The notes beneath the pieces were generated by a model. The model saw nothing but the letters and a program-made list of their open reading frames with translations. It did not search any database and was not told the DNA's origin. A program made the position numbers and the translations under genes. From a virus (taxonomy: Duplodnaviria > Caudoviricetes), in the IMG/VR virus record IMGVR_UViG_3300031965_000014, positions 6,786 through 70,785 of that record: DNA of 64,000 bases; one strand, 5' to 3'. Positions 27,356 to 36,378 of the stretch are shown here, one piece after another (the stretch's first letter is position 1; each line of letters starts with the position of its first letter).

Positions 27356-28203
27356 GGTTGATCGTCGTCCAGGGTCAGGATGTCGAAATTGTCGGTGACC
27401 ATCTGCTGAGTGAATGCCTCAGCGTAAATTGCGGCGTAGAACAGCGCGCCGTCGAACGAACGGTCGAAGGAACCACCGGAGTCGCGGTTGAACGCGATCA
27501 GGTCAAGGTCGGCGGCGAGGGCGAGGGTTTCGTTGAGTCCCACGTTGTCGCCGATGCCCGTCAGATCCAACGCACCGTTGATGTAGACCCGGATGCGGTT
27601 GGTCGCGGTGCCCTGCGTGCTGTCGAGCACGATATGGACCACGACGCGGGCCGTGCCGATGTTCGCGGATTCGGGGGAGGAAACGTCGTTGAACGACAGG
27701 TTGAGCGCGGTATTGACGTCGTTCGGCGCCTTGACTATTAACTCGCCATCGCTGCCAGCACGGTCGTTGATGCCGAAAACGCGCCCGCCGTTGCTGTTGC
27801 CGGCGTCCAGGCGCAGCACCAACTCGATGGTGGCCTGCGTGACGCCAGCCAGTGCGTCCCTCACCGCGTCCGAAGTGTTGTCGATCGCGCGCATTGCGCG
27901 CTGCGTGCCGTTCACGCTTATGCTATCCAGAGCGCGCATGCCTGCGGCGGGCTCGGCGTAGGCCATGTTGCCCGCACCGTAGTTGATGGTGGTCAGGTCG
28001 TAGCTGTTGCCGCTCCTGTCCACCACGGCAGTCGGGCCGGTCCCCGAGGCCGCTTCGTCGACGTAGTAGCGGACGACCGGCGTGCCGACGAGGCTCGGGC
28101 CACCTCCTGGCGCGGGGTGGAACGCCGGGCCGTGGAAGACCTGCGCGCTCGAGCTGAGCGCGAAGGCGAGTGCGAGGAAGCCGAGGAAGAGGCGGCGCTT
28201 CAT
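27352..28203 (-). CDS. Signal-peptide ConA/LamG-like protein (283 aa)
   Basis: MKRRLFLGFLALAFALSSSA|Q; ATIELV..HIVLD..RIRVYING..FDGALFYAAIY. Confidence 0.65.
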   Translation of the reverse strand: MKRRLFLGFLALAFALSSSAQVFHGPAFHPAPGGGPSLVGTPVVRYYVDEAASGTGPTAVVDRSGNSYDLTTINYGAGNMAYAEPAAGMRALDSISVNGTQRAMRAIDNTSDAVRDALAGVTQATIELVLRLDAGNSNGGRVFGINDRAGSDGELIVKAPNDVNTALNLSFNDVSSPESANIGTARVVVHIVLDSTQGTATNRIRVYINGALDLTGIGDNVGLNETLALAADLDLIAFNRDSGGSFDRSFDGALFYAAIYAEAFTQQMVTDNFDILTLDDDQP

Positions 28204-28295
28204 CGCGGACGCTCCTGCTTGGGGAATGGCCACGGCGGCGGGAGTCCAAGCACCTTGCGCACGAGTCGCTTCATCCACCAGATCAGCGTACTCAT
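28200..28295 (-). CDS. 31-aa micro-ORF (MSTLIWWMKRLVRKVLGLPPPWPFPKQERPR)
   Basis: ATGA overlaps at both ends, exactly filling the gap between two large genes. Confidence 0.5.
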   Translation of the reverse strand: MSTLIWWMKRLVRKVLGLPPPWPFPKQERPR

Positions 28296-31090
28296 TGCGT
28301 CTTCGTGTAGCGCAGGGTCACGTTGAGAACGGTGCTGTTCACCGTGCTGGCATCTTCCGTGGCGTCGCCGTCGCGCGCGAGTCTGATGCGCCATGTCTGC
28401 CCGGCGGTGAGCGCAGCGCCCCATCCAGTCAGCGTCGTGAACGCCACGCTCTCCACGTCGCCGCTTGCGCCCGAGCCGTCACCGGCGAAGTCGAGGTTGA
28501 TCGCGGTCGCCAGCGTGCTCGCGGTCGGCACTGCGCTGTCGGCCACGCTCACCGTGCTGAGCACGTAGCGATGCGTGGCTGTGTCTGCGGCGCCGAGCAG
28601 GAACTTGATGCTCCCCGCGAGCTCAACGCCGGTGTTCAGGTCATCCGGCACCCTGATGTACCACTCGACGTAGTTCGCAGCGAGGTCCGCCGAGTTGCTG
28701 CACGTCGGCCTGCCGTAGCCGATGGCCGTCGAGGTCGTGCCCACCGTGCAGCCGGTGCCGTCTACCAGGTCGGGATGCGTGAGCTGGATGTAGCCGAGCT
28801 GCGTGAGGATGTTGCCGGTGCCAGCCGCGTCCAGCGTCTTGTTGGTGAAGGTGGCGGTGTCCGAGGCGTAGGCCGTGAACTCCGTTTGCACGTAGGCCGT
28901 AGTGGCGACCGATGTATCGTTGTCGTTCGCGGCGGGCGTGGTAGCGGTGGCCGCACCCACGTCGCCAGCTTGGAATAGGAGCGCCCCCGTACCGGACTCG
29001 TCCGTAACGATGGCCCGCAGCTCCGCACTGGTGTCTATGTCGGCCGAGGAGAGCGCGCCGCCGGCAGCAGTCCCATCCCCTAGCTTCACCCAAGCCGCGC
29101 CGTCGAACTGGCACAGGCTCGTGACTGAGCCAGCGGCCGAATCGCAGGCGCCCGCCGTGCTGTCGTCGGTGACGATTACCACATCGCCAGCCGTAGGAGT
29201 GCCAGGGAAGGCCGTCACGCGAGGCAGCCGCAGGAACGACGTGTGGATCGAGCCGGAGAGCGTCGGCCCCGTAGCGAGCGCGATGCCGCCAGTGCCGGTG
29301 ACGTTCTGGCCAAGAGCGGTAGCAACGCCTGTGCCGAAGGCCGTGATGCCGGTGCCTCCATTGGCGACCGGCAGCGTGCCCGAGACTGCAGCTGCCAATG
29401 CCACTTGGGCGCAGGTAAGGTTCCCGCTCGCCGCGATGGTCGTCGCAAAGCGATCAGCGGCGCAGTCGGTCGGATCGGCCGCCAGCGCGGTGGCGGTCGC
29501 CACATTGCCAGAGGTCAGTGCCACAGTGCCGGTGGTAGCTGGAAACGTGGCCGTGACGGTGCCCAGAGCGCCTGTCGTCGGGGCCAACGTGATGCTTCCC
29601 GAGGTAACGTTGCTAAGCTGCACACTCCCAACGCTCACGCCGGCCACGCCGAGTTGGATCTGCGAGGCGCCGTCACTGGTCAGGCCAGCCACAGTCTCGG
29701 GCCCAAAGCCGGTTCCGCCTCCAATGACTAGGCCATTGTTAGCGAGTGCGGCGCTGGACGAGATGTTCGTGCCATCAGTCCAGATAGCGCCGCCGCTGGT
29801 GAGCGCGCCCGAAAGTGGCGCGAGGTTCGACGCCGTGACCGTGCCAGTGATCGTGGCATTGCCGCCGACGGACAGGTCGCCGACCCCGCTCACGTCGTCG
29901 AGGTCGTTGATGGCGATGCCGCTGTTCTGCACGCCGCGCGAGGTGCCGTCGGAGCGCACCAGCACGTTGTCGGTGGCGAAGGTCGAGGTAGCCGTGACAG
30001 CGGTGGCGCCGCCTCCAGCCGTGCCGTCGCCGATCGATACCCAGCTCGAGCCGTTCCACTGACACCAGCTCCGTGCGCTCCCCGCCGCGCTATCGCAAGC
30101 TCCAGCTACCGAGTCGTCGGTGATGATGACGATATCGCCGCTCGCGGGCGTTCCAGGGAAGGCCGCGACGCTCGGCGCGTTGAACTTGGTTGTGAGCACC
30201 GCCGAGTCGATGGTGGGAGCGGTGCCGAACACCAGCAGGCCAGAGCCCGTCTCGTTGGTGAGCGTCGCCGCCAGGTTCGCGCTGGTAGCCGCTCCCCACC
30301 ACGTTGCCATGCCGGAGGCGAGGCTCGTGACCCCGGTGCCACCGTTGGCAGCAGGAAGGGTGCCGGTGACTTCGCTCGCAAGATTTACCGCCGCTCCGCC
30401 CTCACAAGCCCCGGAGGCATCGATGCCGCGCGGCAGGAGGCCCGCACCGCAGTTTGCAGGGTTGGCAGCGAGGGCTGAAGCAAGCCCTGCTGTCAAGCTC
30501 GCCGCCGTGCCGCCAGCGTTGGTGAGGGTGATGCTCGATGGAGTGCCGCCAGCGCCGTTGAAGAGCACGGGCGCGCCCGCGCTGCCCACGTTGATCGCGA
30601 GCGCCGTGTCGATCCCGACTCCAAGGCCGGTGATGCCCGCCAGGGGCGCGGCCCCAGCGGTGAGTCCGGCCGCCGTGCCGGAGATGTTCGTGCCTACGAG
30701 GGCCGAGGGCGTGCCGGCGTCGCCGTTCTGGAAGTAGAGCGCTCCCGTGCCGGTTTCGTCCGTCAGAATAGTGCGCAGTTCGGACGAGGTATCGATGTCC
30801 GTCGAGACAAGCGTGCCGCCCGCGGCCTGGCCATCGCCAAGCGAAGCCCAGCCAGAGCCGTTCCAGCGGCAGAGCGTGACAGCGCTGCCGGCAGCGCTAT
30901 CGCACGCGCCCTGCACAGAATCATCGGTGACGACGACGATTTGCCCGAGAGACGGATTCACCGGCAAGGCTGTGACGCTGTCGATGAGAGTTCCGCCAGC
31001 GGCGCCTGCAGCCGGCGTGACGGTGACGCCCTGGGCGAGCGCGGCGCCGGTGGCAAAGAGGAGTGCGATGAGAAGGGCGAGCCGTTTCAT
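28292..31090 (-). CDS. Signal-peptide fibre-like protein with triplicated Cys-pair modules (932 aa)
   Basis: MKRLALLIALLFATGAALA|Q; GTLP(V/A)ANGGTG twice and DNDTSVATTAYVQ, typical of phage fibres. Confidence 0.7.
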   Translation of the reverse strand: MKRLALLIALLFATGAALAQGVTVTPAAGAAGGTLIDSVTALPVNPSLGQIVVVTDDSVQGACDSAAGSAVTLCRWNGSGWASLGDGQAAGGTLVSTDIDTSSELRTILTDETGTGALYFQNGDAGTPSALVGTNISGTAAGLTAGAAPLAGITGLGVGIDTALAINVGSAGAPVLFNGAGGTPSSITLTNAGGTAASLTAGLASALAANPANCGAGLLPRGIDASGACEGGAAVNLASEVTGTLPAANGGTGVTSLASGMATWWGAATSANLAATLTNETGSGLLVFGTAPTIDSAVLTTKFNAPSVAAFPGTPASGDIVIITDDSVAGACDSAAGSARSWCQWNGSSWVSIGDGTAGGGATAVTATSTFATDNVLVRSDGTSRGVQNSGIAINDLDDVSGVGDLSVGGNATITGTVTASNLAPLSGALTSGGAIWTDGTNISSSAALANNGLVIGGGTGFGPETVAGLTSDGASQIQLGVAGVSVGSVQLSNVTSGSITLAPTTGALGTVTATFPATTGTVALTSGNVATATALAADPTDCAADRFATTIAASGNLTCAQVALAAAVSGTLPVANGGTGITAFGTGVATALGQNVTGTGGIALATGPTLSGSIHTSFLRLPRVTAFPGTPTAGDVVIVTDDSTAGACDSAAGSVTSLCQFDGAAWVKLGDGTAAGGALSSADIDTSAELRAIVTDESGTGALLFQAGDVGAATATTPAANDNDTSVATTAYVQTEFTAYASDTATFTNKTLDAAGTGNILTQLGYIQLTHPDLVDGTGCTVGTTSTAIGYGRPTCSNSADLAANYVEWYIRVPDDLNTGVELAGSIKFLLGAADTATHRYVLSTVSVADSAVPTASTLATAINLDFAGDGSGASGDVESVAFTTLTGWGAALTAGQTWRIRLARDGDATEDASTVNSTVLNVTLRYTKTQ
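29072..30976 (-). repeat. Three 49-codon repeats at ~30830-30976, ~30023-30169 and ~29072-29218
   Basis: Each encodes V.A.P..P..G..V..TDDS..GACDSAAGS....C.(W/F).G..W...GDG. Confidence 0.85.
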
Positions 31091-31091
31091 G

Positions 31092-31409
31092 TCATTGCCC
31101 CATGTCGAGGGACACCGCAGCATCGGTGCCCGTGAGGTTTCGCACGGTGCCGCGCACGAACCGCCAGGGCGCATCGCTCGCGAAGCCACCGTTGGCCGTG
31201 GTGGTGCTGAGCACGAGGTTGATGGTCGCGATCAGGGTCCAGTTCTCGCCGTCGTTCGAGCCTTCGACGTCGACGTCCGCGGTGCCGGCGCCGGCGCTCG
31301 TCAGGCCGTTCGCCTGAAAGGTGCGCTTCGCGCCCAAGGGCTGGAATGCCTGCCCTGAGCCGTTCGCAATGACCCCGTCGAGCAGTTTGTAGATCCGTCC
31401 TTCTCTCAT
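31092..31409 (-). CDS. Small beta-sandwich protein (paralogue of 21868-22182)
   Basis: DVEGSNDGENWTLI..WRFVRGTV motif. Confidence 0.65.
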   Translation of the reverse strand: MREGRIYKLLDGVIANGSGQAFQPLGAKRTFQANGLTSAGAGTADVDVEGSNDGENWTLIATINLVLSTTTANGGFASDAPWRFVRGTVRNLTGTDAAVSLDMGQ

Positions 31410-31416
31410 GGCAGCC

Positions 31417-33777
31417 TCACTTCTTCGTGTTGGCGGGCGACGTGACTTTTTTCTCGAGCTTGTCGATGCGCTTGCCGACTTTCTCCTCGATACCCTTCAG
31501 CGCCTTTTCGATCTTTTCGTTCATGCCGGCGACTGCCTCGGCCTTCTGGCGCTCCATGCTGGCGATCGCGATCTTCGCGCCGGCATCCAGGCGGGCCCGG
31601 TACTCGTCGGTTCCAGCACGGGTGTCGGCCTCGTGGATCTTCGATTTCATGGCGGCCTGCAGGGAGTCGATCTTCGCCTGCAGCTTGCGCACCTCTTCCT
31701 GCGCCTCTTCGATGACCTGCTGGACCTGCTTTTGCACCTCGGCGAGGGCATCGGGCGAGATCTCGCCCTCGCCCTCCTGGCCCATGGTGTCGATCTCGCG
31801 CTGCAACTTCTCGCCCTCGAGCTCGGCGTTTCGGACTTCGGCCTCTTCGGCGCGGCGCATGAGCTCGGCCTTCCTCTGCTGCTCGGCCTTCTCGCCCTCC
31901 TGCTTGGCGGCCTCCTCCTTGTTGCGCGGCTTGTGGGAGCCCTGCAGGCCCAAGTGCTGTCGGATGCGCTCGCCGATCTGGCGCCGTTGCGGCAGGTCCG
32001 TCGCCTCGATGATGAAGTCCGAGATCAGGGCCTTCATCTCGTCGGGCAGGCCCTTGGTGAACTCGGTGAGGTGCGCGAGCTGCCCGGCGCGGAAGGTCGG
32101 GGTCGAGGGCACGTCGTCCAGGACAAGCGAGACGCCGGCGCGGATCACGTCGTTCTTGACGTAGGCGCCGAACTCGTCGGTTGCGTCCTCGTTCAGCGTC
32201 ACCTCGTGGCGCTGCATGCCCTCTCCCACCGTGACGGTGGTGCCGTTGGCGATGTCCTCGCGCACGTTCTCCATCAGGATGGCGCCCACCTGGCGCCGCG
32301 CGTAGCGGAAGTTGTCGTTGATCTCGGCGAGGGTCGTCGTGCCCTGCTCGATGAGAGAGTTGATGGCGATGCCGGACTCGGCCTTCGACTCTTTTCCGAG
32401 AAGCGCCTGGTAGACGCCGGCGACGTCCTGCAGGGATTGCTTCGCGTTCTCGTAGATCTTGAACTGCTGGTCCGAGAGCTGCAGGTTGTCCTGGATCTCG
32501 AACTTCGATGTTGGCTTTCTGTGGGCGTTGAGGACGATGTAGGCATCCGCCCGCGCGACCTCGCGCCGTACCTCCTCGTGATCGAGCACTGCATCGTGGT
32601 CGACGACGACCTGCTTGGAGGAGAGCAGCCACATCATCTTTTGCTTGCGGGCGTTGATCTCGTCTTGCTGGTCGCGCATGTTGCGGATGAGCCCGTAGGG
32701 CGCGCTCGAGCGGTCCTCCCGGTAGCCGAAGAACGGCACGTAGGGGAAGAAGTGGTGCTTGTAGGGGCTGGGCACGTCGATCAGGCGGTGCGGACCGATC
32801 CAGAACGACAGGCGCACCTTCGGCACCGGAAGAATCTGCGGCACGATCAACCCTTGCGCCACCGCGGCGACGTGCAGGCGGTTTTTCCGGTCGTATTCCA
32901 CCCAGCGCCCGTCCGGGAGGTGCAGCATCGGCAGCGCCTTCCAGGTGCGATACCAGATCTCGTAGACGCAAAGACGTTTGCGCAGGTAGTCGCGGAACTC
33001 GTATTCCTCGATCGCGGTCGCGCGCTCGACGTCCCAGGCGGCGGCGAGGCCCGTGTCGCTCGAGCGCATCACGTCGTCCCACCAGCCAGACCACTGGTTT
33101 CCGATCATCTCGATCAGCTTTTCGTGGCGCGGGAACATGGCTTTCACTACGTCCTCGTCGAACCACTGCCGGCGAACTAGGTAGCGCCAGTCGGAGGTGT
33201 CGGGTTCCTTGCCGCGCCAGTCCCATGCGATCTCTCGCCGGTGCACGTAGCGCACGCGGTACGGATAGCGGTACGGGACGATCTCGCGCGAGACTTCGAC
33301 CCACCCGAGGCCCACCTTGATCTGGGGCGCGTAGGCGTCGGAACAGGCTTTGTCGGCGTGGCCCTCGCGCTCGGCTTCCTTCATCTTCACCGACATCGCC
33401 TGGGCGACTTCCTCCCACTGGTCGTTGTCGTGCTTGACGATCCAGTCGGTGCGCGTTTTTGCCTCGAGCCCGAGCACCGCGTCGATCGTCGGGCGGCAGA
33501 GGTTCTCCTTGATGGCCGGGAAACCCTTCAGGCGCAGCTTTTCGAGGATGTCGGCGGTGAGCTGGTGCCCGTCGTAGTAGTCGGCGTCGATGTCGCACTG
33601 CCGGCGCCAATCTGGTTGCTCGCGGATCTCCTGCAGCCAGGTTTCCAGCGTCTCGAGTTTGAGGGCTTCCTTGTCGGGCGTGGCGTAGTCGTGGCCGTGC
33701 GAGGTTGAATCGACCGGGCGCGCCGGCACGCGCATTCGCGCGAGCTGGCTTTTCAGCGGTATGACCTGGGCGGCCAT
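31417..33777 (-). CDS. Portal protein (P22-like)
   Basis: 786 aa; DADYYDGHQL..EN..PTIDAVLG.E..FPYVPF..YGLIRNMRD.Q.EIN; C-terminal coiled coil; follows terL. Confidence 0.9.
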   Translation of the reverse strand: MAAQVIPLKSQLARMRVPARPVDSTSHGHDYATPDKEALKLETLETWLQEIREQPDWRRQCDIDADYYDGHQLTADILEKLRLKGFPAIKENLCRPTIDAVLGLEAKTRTDWIVKHDNDQWEEVAQAMSVKMKEAEREGHADKACSDAYAPQIKVGLGWVEVSREIVPYRYPYRVRYVHRREIAWDWRGKEPDTSDWRYLVRRQWFDEDVVKAMFPRHEKLIEMIGNQWSGWWDDVMRSSDTGLAAAWDVERATAIEEYEFRDYLRKRLCVYEIWYRTWKALPMLHLPDGRWVEYDRKNRLHVAAVAQGLIVPQILPVPKVRLSFWIGPHRLIDVPSPYKHHFFPYVPFFGYREDRSSAPYGLIRNMRDQQDEINARKQKMMWLLSSKQVVVDHDAVLDHEEVRREVARADAYIVLNAHRKPTSKFEIQDNLQLSDQQFKIYENAKQSLQDVAGVYQALLGKESKAESGIAINSLIEQGTTTLAEINDNFRYARRQVGAILMENVREDIANGTTVTVGEGMQRHEVTLNEDATDEFGAYVKNDVIRAGVSLVLDDVPSTPTFRAGQLAHLTEFTKGLPDEMKALISDFIIEATDLPQRRQIGERIRQHLGLQGSHKPRNKEEAAKQEGEKAEQQRKAELMRRAEEAEVRNAELEGEKLQREIDTMGQEGEGEISPDALAEVQKQVQQVIEEAQEEVRKLQAKIDSLQAAMKSKIHEADTRAGTDEYRARLDAGAKIAIASMERQKAEAVAGMNEKIEKALKGIEEKVGKRIDKLEKKVTSPANTKK

Positions 33778-35316
33778 TTACATCCCCGTGCGCCAGTCAT
33801 CGGGATCGGGCGGCGGGCGCGTGATGCCGCGGCGCTGCGGAACCTGGAAGCGGTGCGCGAAGGTGAGCGCCGCTCCCCAGAATCCATCGGGGGATTTCAA
33901 TCCCCTCTTTTTCATGTGCTTCGAGGACTCGACGATGATGCGCATGCTCGAATCCTTGCTAACGGTCGGGCCGGTGAGATCCTGCTGTAGCTCGTTGGAA
34001 TCGGCGATGCGGTTCGGCTTGTCGTCGAACCACAGCTTCATGTCGAAGGCCATTTCGTCGCGGCGGCCCTTGTAGAGCGCTTCCTCGAAGGCTTTTTCGC
34101 CGAAGTGCACGCGAATTACCGGCAGGCCCAGCTCGAGCAGGCGATCGGCTGGCCCTGTACCGACGCCGGTCACGTCGACCATGAGCGCCATGGGCTTCGG
34201 TTCGGGCTCCTTGTCGTACTCGACGGCGACTTTGCCGACGAGGTCCATGGGGCCGACCTTCGCCCAATACTTCGAGTCGTAGATCACGCGGCCCTGGCGC
34301 CTGCAGAGGTTCGAGCGATCGTCGCCGTACTCGGCGACGTCCAGGCCCCACAGTTTCGGCGCGTTCGGGTCCGGCGTGATCTTGGAGTTGCGGGCGGCCG
34401 CCACCAGGATCGGCTTGATGAGCGTGTCCGGGCTCGAGGAGAGGAAGGCGTGCTCGGGCGTGGCCGGATATTCCTGGTCGAACTGCTGGATGTCGCCCTG
34501 AAAGTCGTCGCGGATTTTCAGGCGCCGGAAATACATCTGCTCGGCGTCGAGGTTTAAGGCTTCGGCGTACTCGATCTCGTCGGCGTCGAGCACGAAGTCC
34601 GCGGGCGGCGTACGGCGGTACTCTGTGGACCAGAACCAAGGCGTGAAGATGGGGATGTAATCGCCCTCGCCCGCGGTCGCGATCTGCCAGCCCTCGTGAA
34701 ACGGATTGCCGATGCCGAATGCGGTCGATTCATAGATGATCTCGGTGTCGTCCTCGTTCGGGACGGTCTGGCCGATGCCGGCGAGGTGGTCCTTGGCGTT
34801 GGGCCAAAAAGCCATTTCGGAGCCGTGAAAGAGCTGCACGGTGGCCGAGCGCCCGGCGCCCTTGGTGCCGGCAGTCGCGACGAGGTAGCCCGAGTCCAGG
34901 CGATCGAAGTAGAGCTCCTTGGCGGAAGCGTTGCCGGCGTGGGGCTTCAATTCCTGTGGCAGCTTCTCGTAGTAGCGGTTGACGATCTCGAACAGGTTGT
35001 CGGTCGCCTGCTGCTCGTGGGTGAGGATGGCGGCGCGCAGTCCGAAGCCGGTGACGGTCTTGCGGAAGTGCCGTGAGGTGATGTAGGTGGATGCCCCCTG
35101 CTGGCGTCCTTTCAACCAGTAGGCGCGCACGCGGCCGATGCGCGCGCGCTGGTCCTCGAGCATGCGGTGGCCGAAGAGCTGAGGGGCGTTGAGCTTGAGC
35201 GGGATGATCTTGCCGTTCTTCACCCTGATCTGCATGCAGCGCTCGGCGTACTTGGCGTGGTCGGCGAGGACCTCGTCGAAGATTTCGTGATCGGTGCGCA
35301 GGGCCAGGGATGCCAT
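33778..35316 (-). CDS. terL: Terminase large subunit
   Basis: LKGRQQGAST Walker A, FHGSEMAFW Walker B, YESTA motif, GLDVA nuclease motif. Confidence 0.92.
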   Translation of the reverse strand: MASLALRTDHEIFDEVLADHAKYAERCMQIRVKNGKIIPLKLNAPQLFGHRMLEDQRARIGRVRAYWLKGRQQGASTYITSRHFRKTVTGFGLRAAILTHEQQATDNLFEIVNRYYEKLPQELKPHAGNASAKELYFDRLDSGYLVATAGTKGAGRSATVQLFHGSEMAFWPNAKDHLAGIGQTVPNEDDTEIIYESTAFGIGNPFHEGWQIATAGEGDYIPIFTPWFWSTEYRRTPPADFVLDADEIEYAEALNLDAEQMYFRRLKIRDDFQGDIQQFDQEYPATPEHAFLSSSPDTLIKPILVAAARNSKITPDPNAPKLWGLDVAEYGDDRSNLCRRQGRVIYDSKYWAKVGPMDLVGKVAVEYDKEPEPKPMALMVDVTGVGTGPADRLLELGLPVIRVHFGEKAFEEALYKGRRDEMAFDMKLWFDDKPNRIADSNELQQDLTGPTVSKDSSMRIIVESSKHMKKRGLKSPDGFWGAALTFAHRFQVPQRRGITRPPPDPDDWRTGM

Positions 35317-35317
35317 T

Positions 35318-36001
35318 TCAGGCGGCCTTTGCGTAGCGCGCGGCGAGGATGATGTTGAAGCGCTTCACCTGTTCCTCGCTGAAATGCTGGACGTAGAGCT
35401 TCACGGGCGGCACGGCGTGCCAGGGGCGCACCGCCACCTTGTGGCCGCGGCAACCAGCGCCAGTGAAGAGCGTGCGTTCACCGGACCTGGGCGGCTCGAC
35501 GTAGCGCTTGTAGCCCTTGTCGGTGCCCTCGATCTCCCAGCCCTCGCGCATCAGCTTGAGAATGTCGTCGGGGTGCGCTCCGCCGCAGAACGAGCACGTG
35601 CGCGGCTGCCAGGCCCACTCCCAGCGATCGCCGCCCTGATACCAGTTGAAGCGCTCGGCGATCCAGCGCGCGAGCATGCCCAGGCGATCGAAGTCGCGCC
35701 TGCGGGCGACAGTCCAGCCCCAATCGGAGATCAGGCGCGCGCGCTTGGCGAGCGGGCCGTTGTGCAGCCAGTAAGTGAGGTGGCGGCGCCAGCGGGAGCC
35801 CCATTGGTTCGTCCTCCACCAGTCCGCGCCGCCGCGGTATTCCCATGGCCCTGGCTCGCTCATGCGCCGCGGGCAGGTCTGCTCACCCCTGATCCAGCCG
35901 TCGGCGATGAGTTTCGCGATCGCCCAATGCTTCGCGCCGGCGGGATTACGCGCGCCGATGAGGCACTTCCAGAAGATCCACCACCACGTAATCGGTTTCA
36001 C
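35318..36001 (-). CDS. Trp-rich hypothetical protein (227 aa)
   Basis: GTG start overlapping the upstream stop; CSFCGGAHPD..TDKGYKRY domain. Confidence 0.6.
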   Translation of the reverse strand: MKPITWWWIFWKCLIGARNPAGAKHWAIAKLIADGWIRGEQTCPRRMSEPGPWEYRGGADWWRTNQWGSRWRRHLTYWLHNGPLAKRARLISDWGWTVARRRDFDRLGMLARWIAERFNWYQGGDRWEWAWQPRTCSFCGGAHPDDILKLMREGWEIEGTDKGYKRYVEPPRSGERTLFTGAGCRGHKVAVRPWHAVPPVKLYVQHFSEEQVKRFNIILAARYAKAA

Positions 36002-36378
36002 GTCTGGATCCTCCGCATCTTCGGGGTGAGCCATTCCGGCTGATCGGGGCCGGCGGTCTGCAGGATCTCGAAGGAAGTGCCGGCCGCGTCCTTGCGGATC
36101 TGCGCGCGCGCGCCGCGGCCGCACTCCTTGCAGGTCGCCCCTTTCATCATGGCTTGCTCGGTCTGCAAGACCTCGAAGACCATGAACTCGGGCGCCGCGC
36201 AGAACGGGCACGGCATGTGGATGTGCACGTTGCCGATGCCGAAGCCGTCGATTTTCTCGTTGGCGTTGAAGCGCCGGAGGTACTCGGCGGCGTTGCGCGG
36301 CTCTGGCGTGGGTGCGCCCATGCGGTCCTTGGTGGCGGTGACATCGGCGAGGTAGAGCTCGTGGTGCATGGGGCTCAC
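35998..36378 (-). CDS. Zn-finger hypothetical protein
   Basis: CPFC..CKEC motifs. Confidence 0.65.
   Translation of the reverse strand: MSPMHHELYLADVTATKDRMGAPTPEPRNAAEYLRRFNANEKIDGFGIGNVHIHMPCPFCAAPEFMVFEVLQTEQAMMKGATCKECGRGARAQIRKDAAGTSFEILQTAGPDQPEWLTPKMRRIQT

Noticed and set aside
15539-31090. Diversity-generating retroelement or invertible tail-fibre cassette
   Set aside because: No reverse transcriptase or recombinase, no near-identical TR/VR pair and no inverted crossover sites seen by eye; the fibre repeats differ at synonymous sites of all bases.
21769-33180. Long + strand ORFs opposite capsid, scaffold and portal (21769-23976, 23921-25186, 31408-33180)
   Set aside because: Same shadow artefact; the minus-strand frames carry the recognisable proteins.
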